From: an uncultured archaeon
Lineage (GTDB): Archaea > Aenigmatarchaeota > Aenigmatarchaeia > CG10238-14 > SCSR01
Assembly (NCBI GenBank): GCA_964427125.1
Contig: CAYRSM010000004.1
Coordinates: 1-40,275 of the forward strand
Direction of reading: 5' to 3'
DNA length: 40,275 nucleotides
In this document: positions 27,199 to 36,504 of the stretch, one piece after another
How the letters are laid out: each line of letters begins with the position of its first letter
Numbering within the stretch: position 1 is the first letter of the stretch
Translations under genes and position numbers: made by a program
The notes under the pieces: model-generated
The model's input: the letters and a program-made list of their open reading frames with translations, nothing else
Database searches by the model: none
What the model was told of the DNA's origin: nothing

Positions 27199-27420
27199 AT
27201 GGAAGACGGCGAGATGTTCGTGCTCTCCTACGACATCCCCACCGGAGAGTCGGCGTTCAAGCTGAAGATAAACAGGCTGCTCAGGAAGATGAGGGCGGCC
27301 ATGGCCCAGAGGAGCGTGTGGCAGCATCCCGGGCTGGACGAACTGGTCAGGATTGCGATACTGATAAAGAACGTGGGCGGCAGGGCGAGGATAATGGAGG
27401 AGAGGCTCATCTTCGAGTGA
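27199..27420 (+). CDS. stand-alone Cas2/VapD/PaaX-central-domain-like small protein
   Basis: FVLSYDIP..INRLLRK..QRSVW ferredoxin-like pattern. No cas1 or CRISPR array nearby. Confidence 0.65.
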   Translation: MEDGEMFVLSYDIPTGESAFKLKINRLLRKMRAAMAQRSVWQHPGLDELVRIAILIKNVGGRARIMEERLIFE

Positions 27421-27511
27421 CTGTGTCCGCGCATGTTGCTGCGTGCCGGAAATTTGCCGAAGGGGCCAACCAAGCGCGATTTTTATTTAAACCCAGCCAT
27501 CTTAATTATTG

Positions 27512-28198
27512 ATGATGTCCGTGATACTGTTCGGCCCGCACGGCGCGGGGAAGGGCATACAGGCCGAGCTCATAGCAAAGCACTACAGCATACCCCACGT
27601 CTCGACGGGAGACATCTTCAGGGGCATAGCAAAGGACCCGTCCAAGGTGCGCTACCTTCCGAAGGAGCTTGGGGAGGCGATAAGGGACACACTGGCAAGA
27701 AATGAGTATGTTTCGGACGACATAACCAACCGCGTTGTGGAGTACAGGCTTTCGCACGGCGACTGCAAGGACGGCTTTGTCCTGGACGGCTATCCCAGGA
27801 CCACACAGCAGGCAAAGGCTCTGGATTCGCTCATGTCAAAGCTGGGCAAAAAGGGGTACATCGTCGTCAATTTTGCAAACCTCAGCGACGACCTGCTTGT
27901 GAAGAGGCTGCTGCACAGGGTCATCTGCCCGAAGTGCGGGGCGTCCTACAACACCCTGCTGAACCCGCCGAAGAAGAGTGGCGTGTGCGACGCGTGCGGC
28001 TCGGCCCTTACAAAGCGCTCCGACGACACCGACGAAGGGATAAGGAGCAGGAACAGGGAGTACGAGACGAAAGCAAAGCCCCTGCTCGGCTACTACAGGA
28101 GGAAGGGCGTGGTGGTGGACGTGGATGCCTCCAGGAAGCCCGAGGAGGTATTTAAGGACATCAGGGTAATCTTGGATAACAGGGGGACGGAAGCATGA
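27512..28198 (+). CDS. adk: adenylate kinase (bacterial type, Zn-LID)
   Basis: GPHGAGKG, STGDIFR, LDGYPRT, CPKC..CDAC, RSDD motifs. Confidence 0.93.
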   Translation: MMSVILFGPHGAGKGIQAELIAKHYSIPHVSTGDIFRGIAKDPSKVRYLPKELGEAIRDTLARNEYVSDDITNRVVEYRLSHGDCKDGFVLDGYPRTTQQAKALDSLMSKLGKKGYIVVNFANLSDDLLVKRLLHRVICPKCGASYNTLLNPPKKSGVCDACGSALTKRSDDTDEGIRSRNREYETKAKPLLGYYRRKGVVVDVDASRKPEEVFKDIRVILDNRGTEA

Positions 28199-28737
28199 TG
28201 GAGAAGACACTTGTCGTTGTGAAGCCGGACGGCATGAAGAGGAACATGGTGGGTAAGATTCTCGCAAGGCTGGAGGAGAACGGCCTGAAGGTGATAGGGA
28301 TGAAGCTTGTGAAGGTTGACAGGAAGCTGGCCGCGAAGCATTACACCGATTCAGATGCCCAAGTAGTGGGTATGGGAAACAAGACGCTCAGCTCCGGCGG
28401 CCCCGAAAAGGCCAGGCAGCTCTTCGGCACGGACGACCCGAAGAAGATAGGGATGATGCTCAGGGAGTGGATGATAGACTTTATAACATCGGTGCCGGTC
28501 GCTGCATTCGTTCTGGAGGGCGAGGACGCCGTGAAGAATGTGAGGAAGATTGTGGGTTTCACCGACCCGGTCAGGGCCGAGAAAGGCACCATAAGGGGCG
28601 ACCTGGGCGCCGACAGCATAGCAAAGGCCAACGAGGAAAGGAGGGCCACCGAGAACCTTGTCCACGCCTCGGGCTCGGCAGAAGAGGCGGCGAGCGAGAT
28701 AAGGCTGTGGTTCAGGGACAATGAAGTCTTCCAGTAA
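28195..28737 (+). CDS. ndk: nucleoside-diphosphate kinase
   Basis: EKTLVVVKPDG, GTIRGD, NLVHASGS motifs. Overlaps the adk stop. Confidence 0.93.
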   Translation: MMEKTLVVVKPDGMKRNMVGKILARLEENGLKVIGMKLVKVDRKLAAKHYTDSDAQVVGMGNKTLSSGGPEKARQLFGTDDPKKIGMMLREWMIDFITSVPVAAFVLEGEDAVKNVRKIVGFTDPVRAEKGTIRGDLGADSIAKANEERRATENLVHASGSAEEAASEIRLWFRDNEVFQ

Positions 28738-28813
28738 ATTTCTGCCGCATTCGGGAAAAATTAATAAGCTTGCTCGGCAAAACAATTAAATCAACAGGAG
28801 CTCAAAATCCAAA

Positions 28814-30127
28814 ATGTCCAACGGCAACGAGAAGAAAAAGTACAAGTTCTTGGTCGTTTCAAATATCGGGTGCGGCACAAACATCGCATACATGCTGAAG
28901 AAGGAGGGGAACGACGTAAAGATGTTCATACAGGAGTCCAGCGAGAGCGACCTTCTGGACAATGTAGTCGAGAAGGTGGACGACTGGGAGAGCGAGAAGA
29001 GCTGGGCGGACATAATAATCTTCGACGACACGTTCTTCGGCTTCAGGCAGAACGAGCTGAGGCAGCAGGGATTCAAGGTGATTGGAGGAAGCTATCTCGG
29101 CGACCAGATAGAGCTCGACAGGAAGCTTGCCCTGGACTATTTCAAGAAAATGAACGTGAAGATACCGCAGACGTACGATTTCGAGAGTTTTGCTGCGGCC
29201 AAAAAGTTCCTCAGGGACCAGCCGAACAAAAGATTCATAATAAAGTTCGAGGGAAAGGCCGGCGACGAGAAAAGTCTTCTCTATCTGGCACAGAGACACG
29301 ACAACAGCGACCTGATCAGGATTATCGAGCACTATGACAAGAACTGGAACACTGCTTGGGGCGATCCGAAGTTCGTGTTGCAGGAGGTGATTGAGGGCGT
29401 CGAAGTGGCCGTGACGGCCTTCTTCAATGGGGAGAAGTTCATCATGCCGGTCTACATGAACTTTGAGAACAAGAGGCTGCTGACCGGGAATCTCGGTGTG
29501 ATGACAGGCGAGATGGGCACCCACGGGTATTTCACTTTCGACAAGCTGAAGCTTTTCAAGAACACGCTCAAGAAGATAGAGGACGACCTAAAGAAAGATG
29601 GCTACGTCGGCTGCATCGACATAAACACGATAATCAACGAGGAGGGCATCTGGCCTCTGGAGTTCACAAGCAGGTTCGGATATCCCCTGATAAATCTGAT
29701 ATTCGAGGCAATCAGGGGGCATACGCGTGTCACGGACCTTTTTGTGGGCCTTATCGACAAGACATTGGATTTTATAGAAGCTGACGACGGCTCCCAAGTG
29801 GGCGTGCTCGTTTGCGTGCCTACGTTCCCCTACGAGGAGGGGTATGAGCGGTATGGCAAGGAGATGCCGGTCATCATCATGGATGACGGCGTGCACGACC
29901 ATTTCCATCTGGGGGACATGAAGATGGACAACGGCGACTGGGTTACGGCAGGCTCCATAGGATACGGCTTTGTAATAACTGGCAGAGGGGATACCATGTT
30001 CGACGCCAAGACGCACGCCTATAACACCCTCAAGGACATAATCGTGCCCAACGCCATCTACAGGATCGACATCTCAGACCGCTGGGTGAAAGACTACCCC
30101 CGCCTGCACCGCTGGGGCTACGTCTAG
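28814..30127 (+). CDS. PurD-like ATP-grasp ligase
   Basis: IELDR, QEVIEGVEV, FENKRL..GVMTGEMG, LEFTSRFGYP, YRIDI. N-terminus is divergent from canonical PurD. Confidence 0.75.
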   Translation: MSNGNEKKKYKFLVVSNIGCGTNIAYMLKKEGNDVKMFIQESSESDLLDNVVEKVDDWESEKSWADIIIFDDTFFGFRQNELRQQGFKVIGGSYLGDQIELDRKLALDYFKKMNVKIPQTYDFESFAAAKKFLRDQPNKRFIIKFEGKAGDEKSLLYLAQRHDNSDLIRIIEHYDKNWNTAWGDPKFVLQEVIEGVEVAVTAFFNGEKFIMPVYMNFENKRLLTGNLGVMTGEMGTHGYFTFDKLKLFKNTLKKIEDDLKKDGYVGCIDINTIINEEGIWPLEFTSRFGYPLINLIFEAIRGHTRVTDLFVGLIDKTLDFIEADDGSQVGVLVCVPTFPYEEGYERYGKEMPVIIMDDGVHDHFHLGDMKMDNGDWVTAGSIGYGFVITGRGDTMFDAKTHAYNTLKDIIVPNAIYRIDISDRWVKDYPRLHRWGYV

Positions 30128-30943
30128 TCACTTGTTCCAGAAGACCTTCAGCGCGTTCCTGTACATTATCTTCTCCGTGTCCTGCTTCTTGACCTTGAGG
30201 TTTTTCGTGACAAATCCTATGTAGTCCTTCATCCTTATGAGCGGCCAGTCCGTCCCGTACATCAGCTTGTCCGGTCCCACGAAGGAGACAAGGAACTTCA
30301 GCTTGTCCCTCATCACCTCGGCGTTTATCTTCTCTATCTTGCCCAAAAACCACCCGGAGACGTCAAGCCAGACGTTCGGGTTCTTGAAAGCCACCTCTGC
30401 AGCGTCCTGCACCCACGGGTCGCCGGCGTGCGCCACTACTATCCTGGTGTCGGGAAAGTCCACTGCCGCATCATCCACGTAATGGGGCCTTGCATACTTC
30501 ACCTTCGGCTTGTGCTCGGTGCCGGGCGTGGACGTATCTCCCGTGTGTATGACCACGGGGACGTTGTATTTCGCCGCAATCTGGAATATGGGCCTGCACT
30601 TGTCCTCGCCGGGGTGAAAGTACTCATAGCCCGGGAAAAGCTTCATGCCCTTGAAGATGCCGTCCTTCAGGCTGTTCTCTATAGAAGCCATGTACTCCGA
30701 GGAGGAAGTCCTGAACGGATCGACGTACATTACCATCAGTATCCTGTCCCTGTCTATGTCCAGCTTTGCAAGCTCCGCATTCTCGTCCTCGTCCTCAGAT
30801 ATTAGCACGGCCCTCTCTACCTTGTTTTCCTTCATCTCCTTAAACAGACCGGCAAAAGAAGCGTCTATGCCGAAGTTCTTGATGTTCTCCCTCTGGTCTT
30901 CCGGGTCCAACTCCACATGGACGTGCGCGTCTATGATTTTCAT
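30128..30943 (-). CDS. amidohydrolase-family metallohydrolase
   Basis: IDAHVH, IHTG, AHAG, YGTDWP motifs. Confidence 0.9.
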   Translation of the reverse strand: MKIIDAHVHVELDPEDQRENIKNFGIDASFAGLFKEMKENKVERAVLISEDEDENAELAKLDIDRDRILMVMYVDPFRTSSSEYMASIENSLKDGIFKGMKLFPGYEYFHPGEDKCRPIFQIAAKYNVPVVIHTGDTSTPGTEHKPKVKYARPHYVDDAAVDFPDTRIVVAHAGDPWVQDAAEVAFKNPNVWLDVSGWFLGKIEKINAEVMRDKLKFLVSFVGPDKLMYGTDWPLIRMKDYIGFVTKNLKVKKQDTEKIMYRNALKVFWNK

Positions 30944-30992
30944 AAAACCTAATAAGAATTAATCCAGCGCCAGCCTTAAGCTTGAGCATAGT

Positions 30993-31175
30993 CTACCCGT
31001 AGTGCCCTTCCATGAGTACGCCTGCTATCTTGAATATCGCGGAGACGGCCAGCACGGCTGACAGTACGAAAAGAATCTCCCTCGGCAGCCAGAAAAAGTT
31101 GAAGAGGATCACGGCCGCCGCTCCCAGTTGCGTCAATCCAATCAGCGCGTCGAACATAGTCTGTTTATATCTCAC
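30993..31175 (-). CDS. small 2-TM membrane protein
   Basis: Two hydrophobic helices. Start may instead be ATG 31157. Confidence 0.5.
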   Translation of the reverse strand: MRYKQTMFDALIGLTQLGAAAVILFNFFWLPREILFVLSAVLAVSAIFKIAGVLMEGHYG

Positions 31176-31250
31176 GAATTGAGCTTTGCTATTCTTAAGT
31201 TTTTCTGTATATAATCATATAAATCGTTTTTAAGAAACAAACGCACAGTC

Positions 31251-32174
31251 TCAATACTTTTCTGCAAGGCACGAAAAAATAATCGGAAGCATCACAGTGG
31301 CGTCGCCAATCACGTTGACGTGACGTGCTTTTTCCTTCAATTTCCCCCACGAAATGGCTTCCCGCGTCTGTGCGCCGGACAGGCTCCCGTCAAATTCCTG
31401 CGCCGTAGTAACATAGACCGCTTTGTCCAATCCCCCGCAGAATTGCGTATGCCATATCACGTGGTGCTTTGAAATCCCGCCTCCCACTATGAGAGCCCCT
31501 GACTTTTTTGCGTTCCACACCAAGTCGCTCAGCATCTGCTCGTCCTTGAAGACGTCGACCCTGAAGTCCTTGTGCTTCTGCCTGAACTGCAAAATCTGGT
31601 AGCCAATTGAACCGTCGGTTATGCCCGGTATGACCATGGGAACCTTGTTCTTCCATGCCCAGTGGAGTACAGAGTCCTTGTTGTCTATCCTGCTGCCGAA
31701 CTCCCAGCACAGCTCATGAGTAGACAGTTCCCTCTTGCCCTGCGCATAGATGTCGTTCAGGAACTCGCCCACCTTGTCCTCAAGGATGATGCCATACGAA
31801 TCGACAGGAACCAAGACATTTCCCAGCCTGTGTATGTCCTTCTTGTGCAGCTCCACGTCGTCCATCTCGAACTCGCCGTGGTAGTAGTCCCTGTAGCTCC
31901 TCGCGATGTCGTGGTCGAGCGTCCCGCACGTGGTGCTTATGACGCCAAACCACTTCCTCTTCACCATCTCCTTTATTACGCCCCTTGTCCCGGTCGCGAT
32001 TATGTCGGCGGGAAAGGAGAGGAAGTTCAGGCTCTCCTTGTCGTTGAGCATCTCCTCGACTATCTCCGTCGCGACGGCCAGCTTCTTTGAGGTGAACCCT
32101 CCGCTGTCCTTCATCTGCCTGACGAGCTCCTTTGCGTCGGAACTCTTGATGTCAAAGTCCTTTACGGGTATCAT
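31251..32174 (-). CDS. dys: deoxyhypusine synthase
   Basis: TDGSIG, GGGISKHH, DGSLSGAQTREAISWGK motifs. Confidence 0.95.
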   Translation of the reverse strand: MIPVKDFDIKSSDAKELVRQMKDSGGFTSKKLAVATEIVEEMLNDKESLNFLSFPADIIATGTRGVIKEMVKRKWFGVISTTCGTLDHDIARSYRDYYHGEFEMDDVELHKKDIHRLGNVLVPVDSYGIILEDKVGEFLNDIYAQGKRELSTHELCWEFGSRIDNKDSVLHWAWKNKVPMVIPGITDGSIGYQILQFRQKHKDFRVDVFKDEQMLSDLVWNAKKSGALIVGGGISKHHVIWHTQFCGGLDKAVYVTTAQEFDGSLSGAQTREAISWGKLKEKARHVNVIGDATVMLPIIFSCLAEKY

Positions 32175-32210
32175 GAAAATCAGTTGGCAGGCGGAGTTAA
32201 AATGCTTTGC

Positions 32211-32468
32211 CTACAGCGTGCAGAATACAGAAGCTATCAGGATGATTACGCCGATTGACAGCCATATCTTGATCAGCACGTCGCCAGCGAACGATGCGAA
32301 CACACCGATAAGAGGCATTTTTGTAAGCCTTGAAATGACGAAGAACACAGCCAGTATAGAAACATAGCCAACTACAGAGTACGCAACAGGTGCAAGCCCG
32401 GGTACAGCCGACTTCCAGAGCGGAGCCAGCAGCAGCCACGTGAGAGTGTCACAAACCGCCATATGCAT
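32211..32468 (-). CDS. small membrane protein
   Basis: 85-aa hydrophobic ORF filling the gap between dys and argS. Confidence 0.5.
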   Translation of the reverse strand: MHMAVCDTLTWLLLAPLWKSAVPGLAPVAYSVVGYVSILAVFFVISRLTKMPLIGVFASFAGDVLIKIWLSIGVIILIASVFCTL

Positions 32469-32525
32469 CCAAATAGATATTTCTCCTGAAACGGCTTTAA
32501 GCTTGATTTTTACAAAGACTAGATT

Positions 32526-34199
32526 ATGCTAAAGTCGGAAGTCGCGGGGCTGCTGAAGTCTGCTGGTGTGGATACTACAGAGGATAAGCTGGAGATTCCG
32601 CCGCAGGACGACTTTGGAGATGTCTCTTTCCCCTGCTTCGAGTTCAGCAAAGCGCAGAAGAAGAACCCCAACGAGATTGCAAAGTCGATAAGGGAAAGGA
32701 TAGTAATACCAAAGTCCTCGGCTGTTGCCCGCGTGGACGTGAAGGCAGGGTATGTGAACTTCTTCTTCGACTGGGGGAAGGTTGCTGGCGGCCTTCTGGG
32801 CGAGATTTCCAGGAAGGGAGGCGATTACGGAAAGTCCGACATGGGCAAGGGCAATGTCGCGATAGTGGATTATTCCTCCCCCAATCCCGTCCATCCGATA
32901 CATGTGGGGAGCGCGAGGAGCACCCTCATAGGCGAGTCGCTCTGCCGGATACTTGAGGAGGCTGGCTACGACGCGAAGAGGCTGCTTTTCATCAACGACC
33001 TCGGAAGGCAAGTGGCGATACTGCTCTGGCACTACCTGAAGCACATGAAGGGCGCAAAGCCCGACAAGAAGGAGGACCACTGGCTGCTGGACATCTATGT
33101 GAAGGCGAACAAGGAGCTGAAGGACAACCCGGAGTATGAGAGGGAGGTCGAGCAGACCCTGAACAAGTGCGAGTTCGGCGACAAGGACATGATGGCCGTC
33201 TTGAGGACGATAGTGGAGTGGTGCCTGAGCGGCTTTGGCAAGACATATGAGACACTCGGAATAAAGTTCGACGAGCGCATCTGGGAGAGCAGTTTTGTGG
33301 AAAAGGCAAAGCTGTACGTCTCGAGCCTTCTGAGGGACAAGGCGGCCTTTACAACGGCCGACGATGCGGTGGTCATAGACCTTGAGAGGTACGGCATGCC
33401 CAGCACCGTGATACTGAGGCGCGACGGGACGACTCTTTATCTGACAAGGGACGTGGCTGCGAGCATATACAAGATTGAGAAGTACAAACCGACCCTGAAC
33501 GTCTATGTGGTTTCCGAGGAGCAGAGCCTCCACTTCAGGCAGGAGTTCAAGGTCCTGGAGCTTCTCGGCTACAAGAGCTACGTCTCCAACAGCCACCATC
33601 TGGCTTTCGGCTACGTCTCTCTCCCGGAGGGCAAGATGAGCTCAAGGCTTGGGAGGGTTGTGCTTCTGGACGACCTGATAGACGAGGCTACCTCAAAGGT
33701 GAAAGAGAAGTTCGATGTGTCCGATGAGAAGGTCGCCCGCGCAATAGGGCTGGGTGCGGTCATATATTCCATACTCAAGGTGGAGGCGAAGAAGCAGGTC
33801 ATGTTCAGGTGGGAGGATGTCCTCAGCCTGGAGGGGAACTCGGCGCCCTACGTGCAGTACGCCTATGCGAGGTGCTGCAGCATACTCGAGAAGGCGGGCG
33901 ATTGGGACAGGAAGTTTTCCGCAGGCAAACTAACCGTCCAAGAGGAGAAGCTGCTGAAGGCGCTGGTCTCGTTCGGCGACGTGGCGAGGCAGGCCGCGAG
34001 AGAGCTGAGGCCGGACATAATGTGCAACTACGCCTTTGAGCTGGCGACAAGGTTCAACACCTTCTACCAGTTCTGTTCTGTGTTAAATGCTGACAGCGCG
34101 GAGACGAAGAACTTCAGGCTAATTCTTGTGGAGTCGGTTAAGACGGTGCTTGGGATTGTGCTCGGCTTGCTAGACATAGAGAAGGTGGAAAAGGTCTAG
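32526..34199 (+). CDS. argS: arginine--tRNA ligase
   Basis: SSPNPVHPIHVG (HIGH), KMSSR, YVQYAYAR motifs. Confidence 0.96.
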   Translation: MLKSEVAGLLKSAGVDTTEDKLEIPPQDDFGDVSFPCFEFSKAQKKNPNEIAKSIRERIVIPKSSAVARVDVKAGYVNFFFDWGKVAGGLLGEISRKGGDYGKSDMGKGNVAIVDYSSPNPVHPIHVGSARSTLIGESLCRILEEAGYDAKRLLFINDLGRQVAILLWHYLKHMKGAKPDKKEDHWLLDIYVKANKELKDNPEYEREVEQTLNKCEFGDKDMMAVLRTIVEWCLSGFGKTYETLGIKFDERIWESSFVEKAKLYVSSLLRDKAAFTTADDAVVIDLERYGMPSTVILRRDGTTLYLTRDVAASIYKIEKYKPTLNVYVVSEEQSLHFRQEFKVLELLGYKSYVSNSHHLAFGYVSLPEGKMSSRLGRVVLLDDLIDEATSKVKEKFDVSDEKVARAIGLGAVIYSILKVEAKKQVMFRWEDVLSLEGNSAPYVQYAYARCCSILEKAGDWDRKFSAGKLTVQEEKLLKALVSFGDVARQAARELRPDIMCNYAFELATRFNTFYQFCSVLNADSAETKNFRLILVESVKTVLGIVLGLLDIEKVEKV

Positions 34200-34298
34200 T
34201 CAGTTTTTGAATGTCCATTAATTTTCAAATCATTTTGCTTGTGTAGAACGTTCTACATCGGCATCAAAAACTGTGAAGCAAGTATACGCAGGAAAATT

Positions 34299-34832
34299 TT
34301 ATTCTAGCGGAAAATCTTCGACAACCGTATAGACGGGCCCCTCGCTGGAAAGTTCGCTCTTTATCAGCTGTATGCTATTTACATCGAAGCTTCCCGCATC
34401 GTACCCCATCAGCGGCGCGATAAGTTCTAGGAACTGTTTCTTGTCCGGTATGTTCTTCACCCTGCAGAGAGTTGCATGTGCCTTGTAGGAGTCGCCGCCC
34501 ACGATTTTCCTTACGTTGAGCCTGAGTCTTTCCAGCTCGCCGGTATTGTCGTGCGTGTCCAGGGCGATGACCCTTATGAACTTCTCGTTGGGTATGAACA
34601 TGATGCCCTTCACGTCTACGGAAAACCGCTTCATCCCCGTCACTGCCATCTTTGTCTTCTCCGATATGCCCTCCAAGTCCTCCACATCGCCGAGGAAGGA
34701 GAGCGACAGATGGAGATTTTCCCTCTCGACCAGCTTGCACTGCGCGCCCGTCCCGACAATCTTCTTCTGAAGGCTTTCGATGCCGTCCTTGAGACCCTCG
34801 GGAATCATGATTCCGATGAAGCATCTGACCAT
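34299..34832 (-). CDS. thpR: RNA 2',3'-cyclic phosphodiesterase (2H family, LigT/ThpR)
   Basis: MVRCFIG, HLSLSFLG and HATLCR 2H motifs, SELSSEGPVY. Confidence 0.9.
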   Translation of the reverse strand: MVRCFIGIMIPEGLKDGIESLQKKIVGTGAQCKLVERENLHLSLSFLGDVEDLEGISEKTKMAVTGMKRFSVDVKGIMFIPNEKFIRVIALDTHDNTGELERLRLNVRKIVGGDSYKAHATLCRVKNIPDKKQFLELIAPLMGYDAGSFDVNSIQLIKSELSSEGPVYTVVEDFPLE

Positions 34833-34868
34833 AAGTAAAATATAGGGCTGGGAAAATAAAGTATAATC

Positions 34869-36143
34869 ATGCCGACTTTCAACCTGGACTACTCCGTCCT
34901 CGCCGAGATAGCCCTCGCGCTCGCGCTGGGCGCCCTCGTGGGGATAGAAAGGGAGTTCCACAGGACCGTGGAGAAGAAGGTCAACTATTTGGGGGTGAGG
35001 ACATCAATGCTCCTTTCGCTTTTGGGGTTCATCTTCGGCAACATCTATGCCAGCACAGTCAACAGCCCCCTGGTGCTGATTGCGGCATTCGGAATCATAA
35101 CAGTCATCTCATCCCTAGTTTATTGGGCGAAGTTCATGCTGCACAAGGCGGCCGGCGCGACCACCTACACGGCGATGTTCCTGGTATTCATGGGCGGCGT
35201 CATGGTGGGGCTTGGCCTGGCGTTCCTTGCGGCGATAGTCATAATCATAGCCACCAGCCTGCTGGCGGTCAAGGAGGAGTTCGCGGAGTTCGTGATAATC
35301 CTCAACAAGAACGAGATTCTCTCCGCAATAAAGTTCGCGATAATAGCCTTCGTAATCCTTCCGTTTCTGCCGAACAGGACCCTGGACCCTTGGAACGTTT
35401 TCAACCCATTCTCCTTCTGGCTCATAGTGGTCGTTTTCTCGTCGATAAACTTTGCGTCGTTCATACTTTCCAAGGTACACAAAGAAGGCCTCTTCCTCGG
35501 CAGCCTGACCGGCGGCTTTGTGAGCAGCAGCGCCGTGACATACAGCCTGGTAAGGATGTTCGGCAAGCGCGAGGTCGACCATAAGACAACTCTGGCTGGC
35601 ATACTTGTGTCGGACGTGGGGATGATACTCTCGCAGGTCCTTATTATATCGCTGCTGGTCTACGGAAACGTATCAGTGCTCAGGTACATATTTATACCAG
35701 TCGCGGTGCCTGCCCTCCTGCTGGTGGCGTATTCGCTGATGCTGGGCAGGAGGCCGGTGAAGAGGATAACGATGGAGTCGCCTTTCTCGCTGAAATCTGC
35801 TCTCACGTTCGCGCTGCTTTTCTTCCTCATAAGCATACTCTCGCTTGTCTTCAAGGACAGCGCCGGCCAGTCCTCGCTGTATGCACTGTCAGTGATATCA
35901 AGCATAGCGAACGTAGGCGCCACCGTCGCTTCCATGGGCCTCCTCGCAGCGGGCGGGGTGATAAGCCTGAAGATGTTCGGCCTCCTGACGATAATCTCCA
36001 TGGCTGTGGGCATGATGAGCAAGCTGGTCTGGATATTGGGCCACAAAAACAGGGGGATGCTGAGGAAAGTACTTGTACCAAGCGTCCTGCTGAGCGCGCT
36101 GTCAATCGCCCTTTACTTCGCCCAGTTCCTTTTCATTGGGTAA
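34869..36143 (+). CDS. MgtC/SapB + DUF4010 membrane protein
   Basis: LGALVGIERE, GVRT, LPFLPN, GGFVSSSAVT motifs. Confidence 0.88.
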   Translation: MPTFNLDYSVLAEIALALALGALVGIEREFHRTVEKKVNYLGVRTSMLLSLLGFIFGNIYASTVNSPLVLIAAFGIITVISSLVYWAKFMLHKAAGATTYTAMFLVFMGGVMVGLGLAFLAAIVIIIATSLLAVKEEFAEFVIILNKNEILSAIKFAIIAFVILPFLPNRTLDPWNVFNPFSFWLIVVVFSSINFASFILSKVHKEGLFLGSLTGGFVSSSAVTYSLVRMFGKREVDHKTTLAGILVSDVGMILSQVLIISLLVYGNVSVLRYIFIPVAVPALLLVAYSLMLGRRPVKRITMESPFSLKSALTFALLFFLISILSLVFKDSAGQSSLYALSVISSIANVGATVASMGLLAAGGVISLKMFGLLTIISMAVGMMSKLVWILGHKNRGMLRKVLVPSVLLSALSIALYFAQFLFIG

Positions 36144-36176
36144 ACCTTTATATTGGAAGCTGACGATATTTAATCT

Positions 36177-36440
36177 ATGGCAGAAACAAGGGTCAGGGCG
36201 GGAGAGGTAGTCGGCAAGACTGTCATAAGTTCTGAGAGCGGGCGCAAGTTCGGCGTTGTCGGGAACATAGACTTTATCACCGAAAGCGGGGAGCTCCTGA
36301 ACATAGTGGTCGAACAGCCTACAAAGCACCTGCTCGACATGAACCTGAAGGCAGACGACAAGGGAAGGCTGCTGGTCCCGTTCTCCGCCGTAAAGTCCGT
36401 CGGGGACTTTGTGGTCGTGAGCGAGGCAGACCTTGTATAA
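36177..36440 (+). CDS. PRC-barrel protein (CdpB-like)
   Basis: GKTVIS..GRKFGVV..VPFSAVKSVGDFVVV. Confidence 0.85.
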   Translation: MAETRVRAGEVVGKTVISSESGRKFGVVGNIDFITESGELLNIVVEQPTKHLLDMNLKADDKGRLLVPFSAVKSVGDFVVVSEADLV

Positions 36441-36504
36441 GGCGTCTCAGGCGCAGCATATCAACAGTTTTGAATAATTCTTTCCCTAAGAAAAACTTTT
36501 TCCG

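Noticed and set aside
27100-27510. CRISPR array near the Cas2-like gene
   Set aside because: No regularly spaced direct repeats seen here or elsewhere in the window.
27638-27665. ~7-aa insertion in adk with a hairpin (AAGGT..ACCTT) as another micro-intron
   Set aside because: It is in frame with no stop, and I could not build a 4-bp helix flanked by two 3-nt bulges.
28345-28470. Long insertion in ndk
   Set aside because: In frame, protein-like, with no intein or BHB features. Most likely a family variant.
34299-34832. ThpR as part of the intron-splicing system
   Set aside because: It is a common housekeeping gene not adjacent to any intron. The established archaeal splicing ligase is RtcB.
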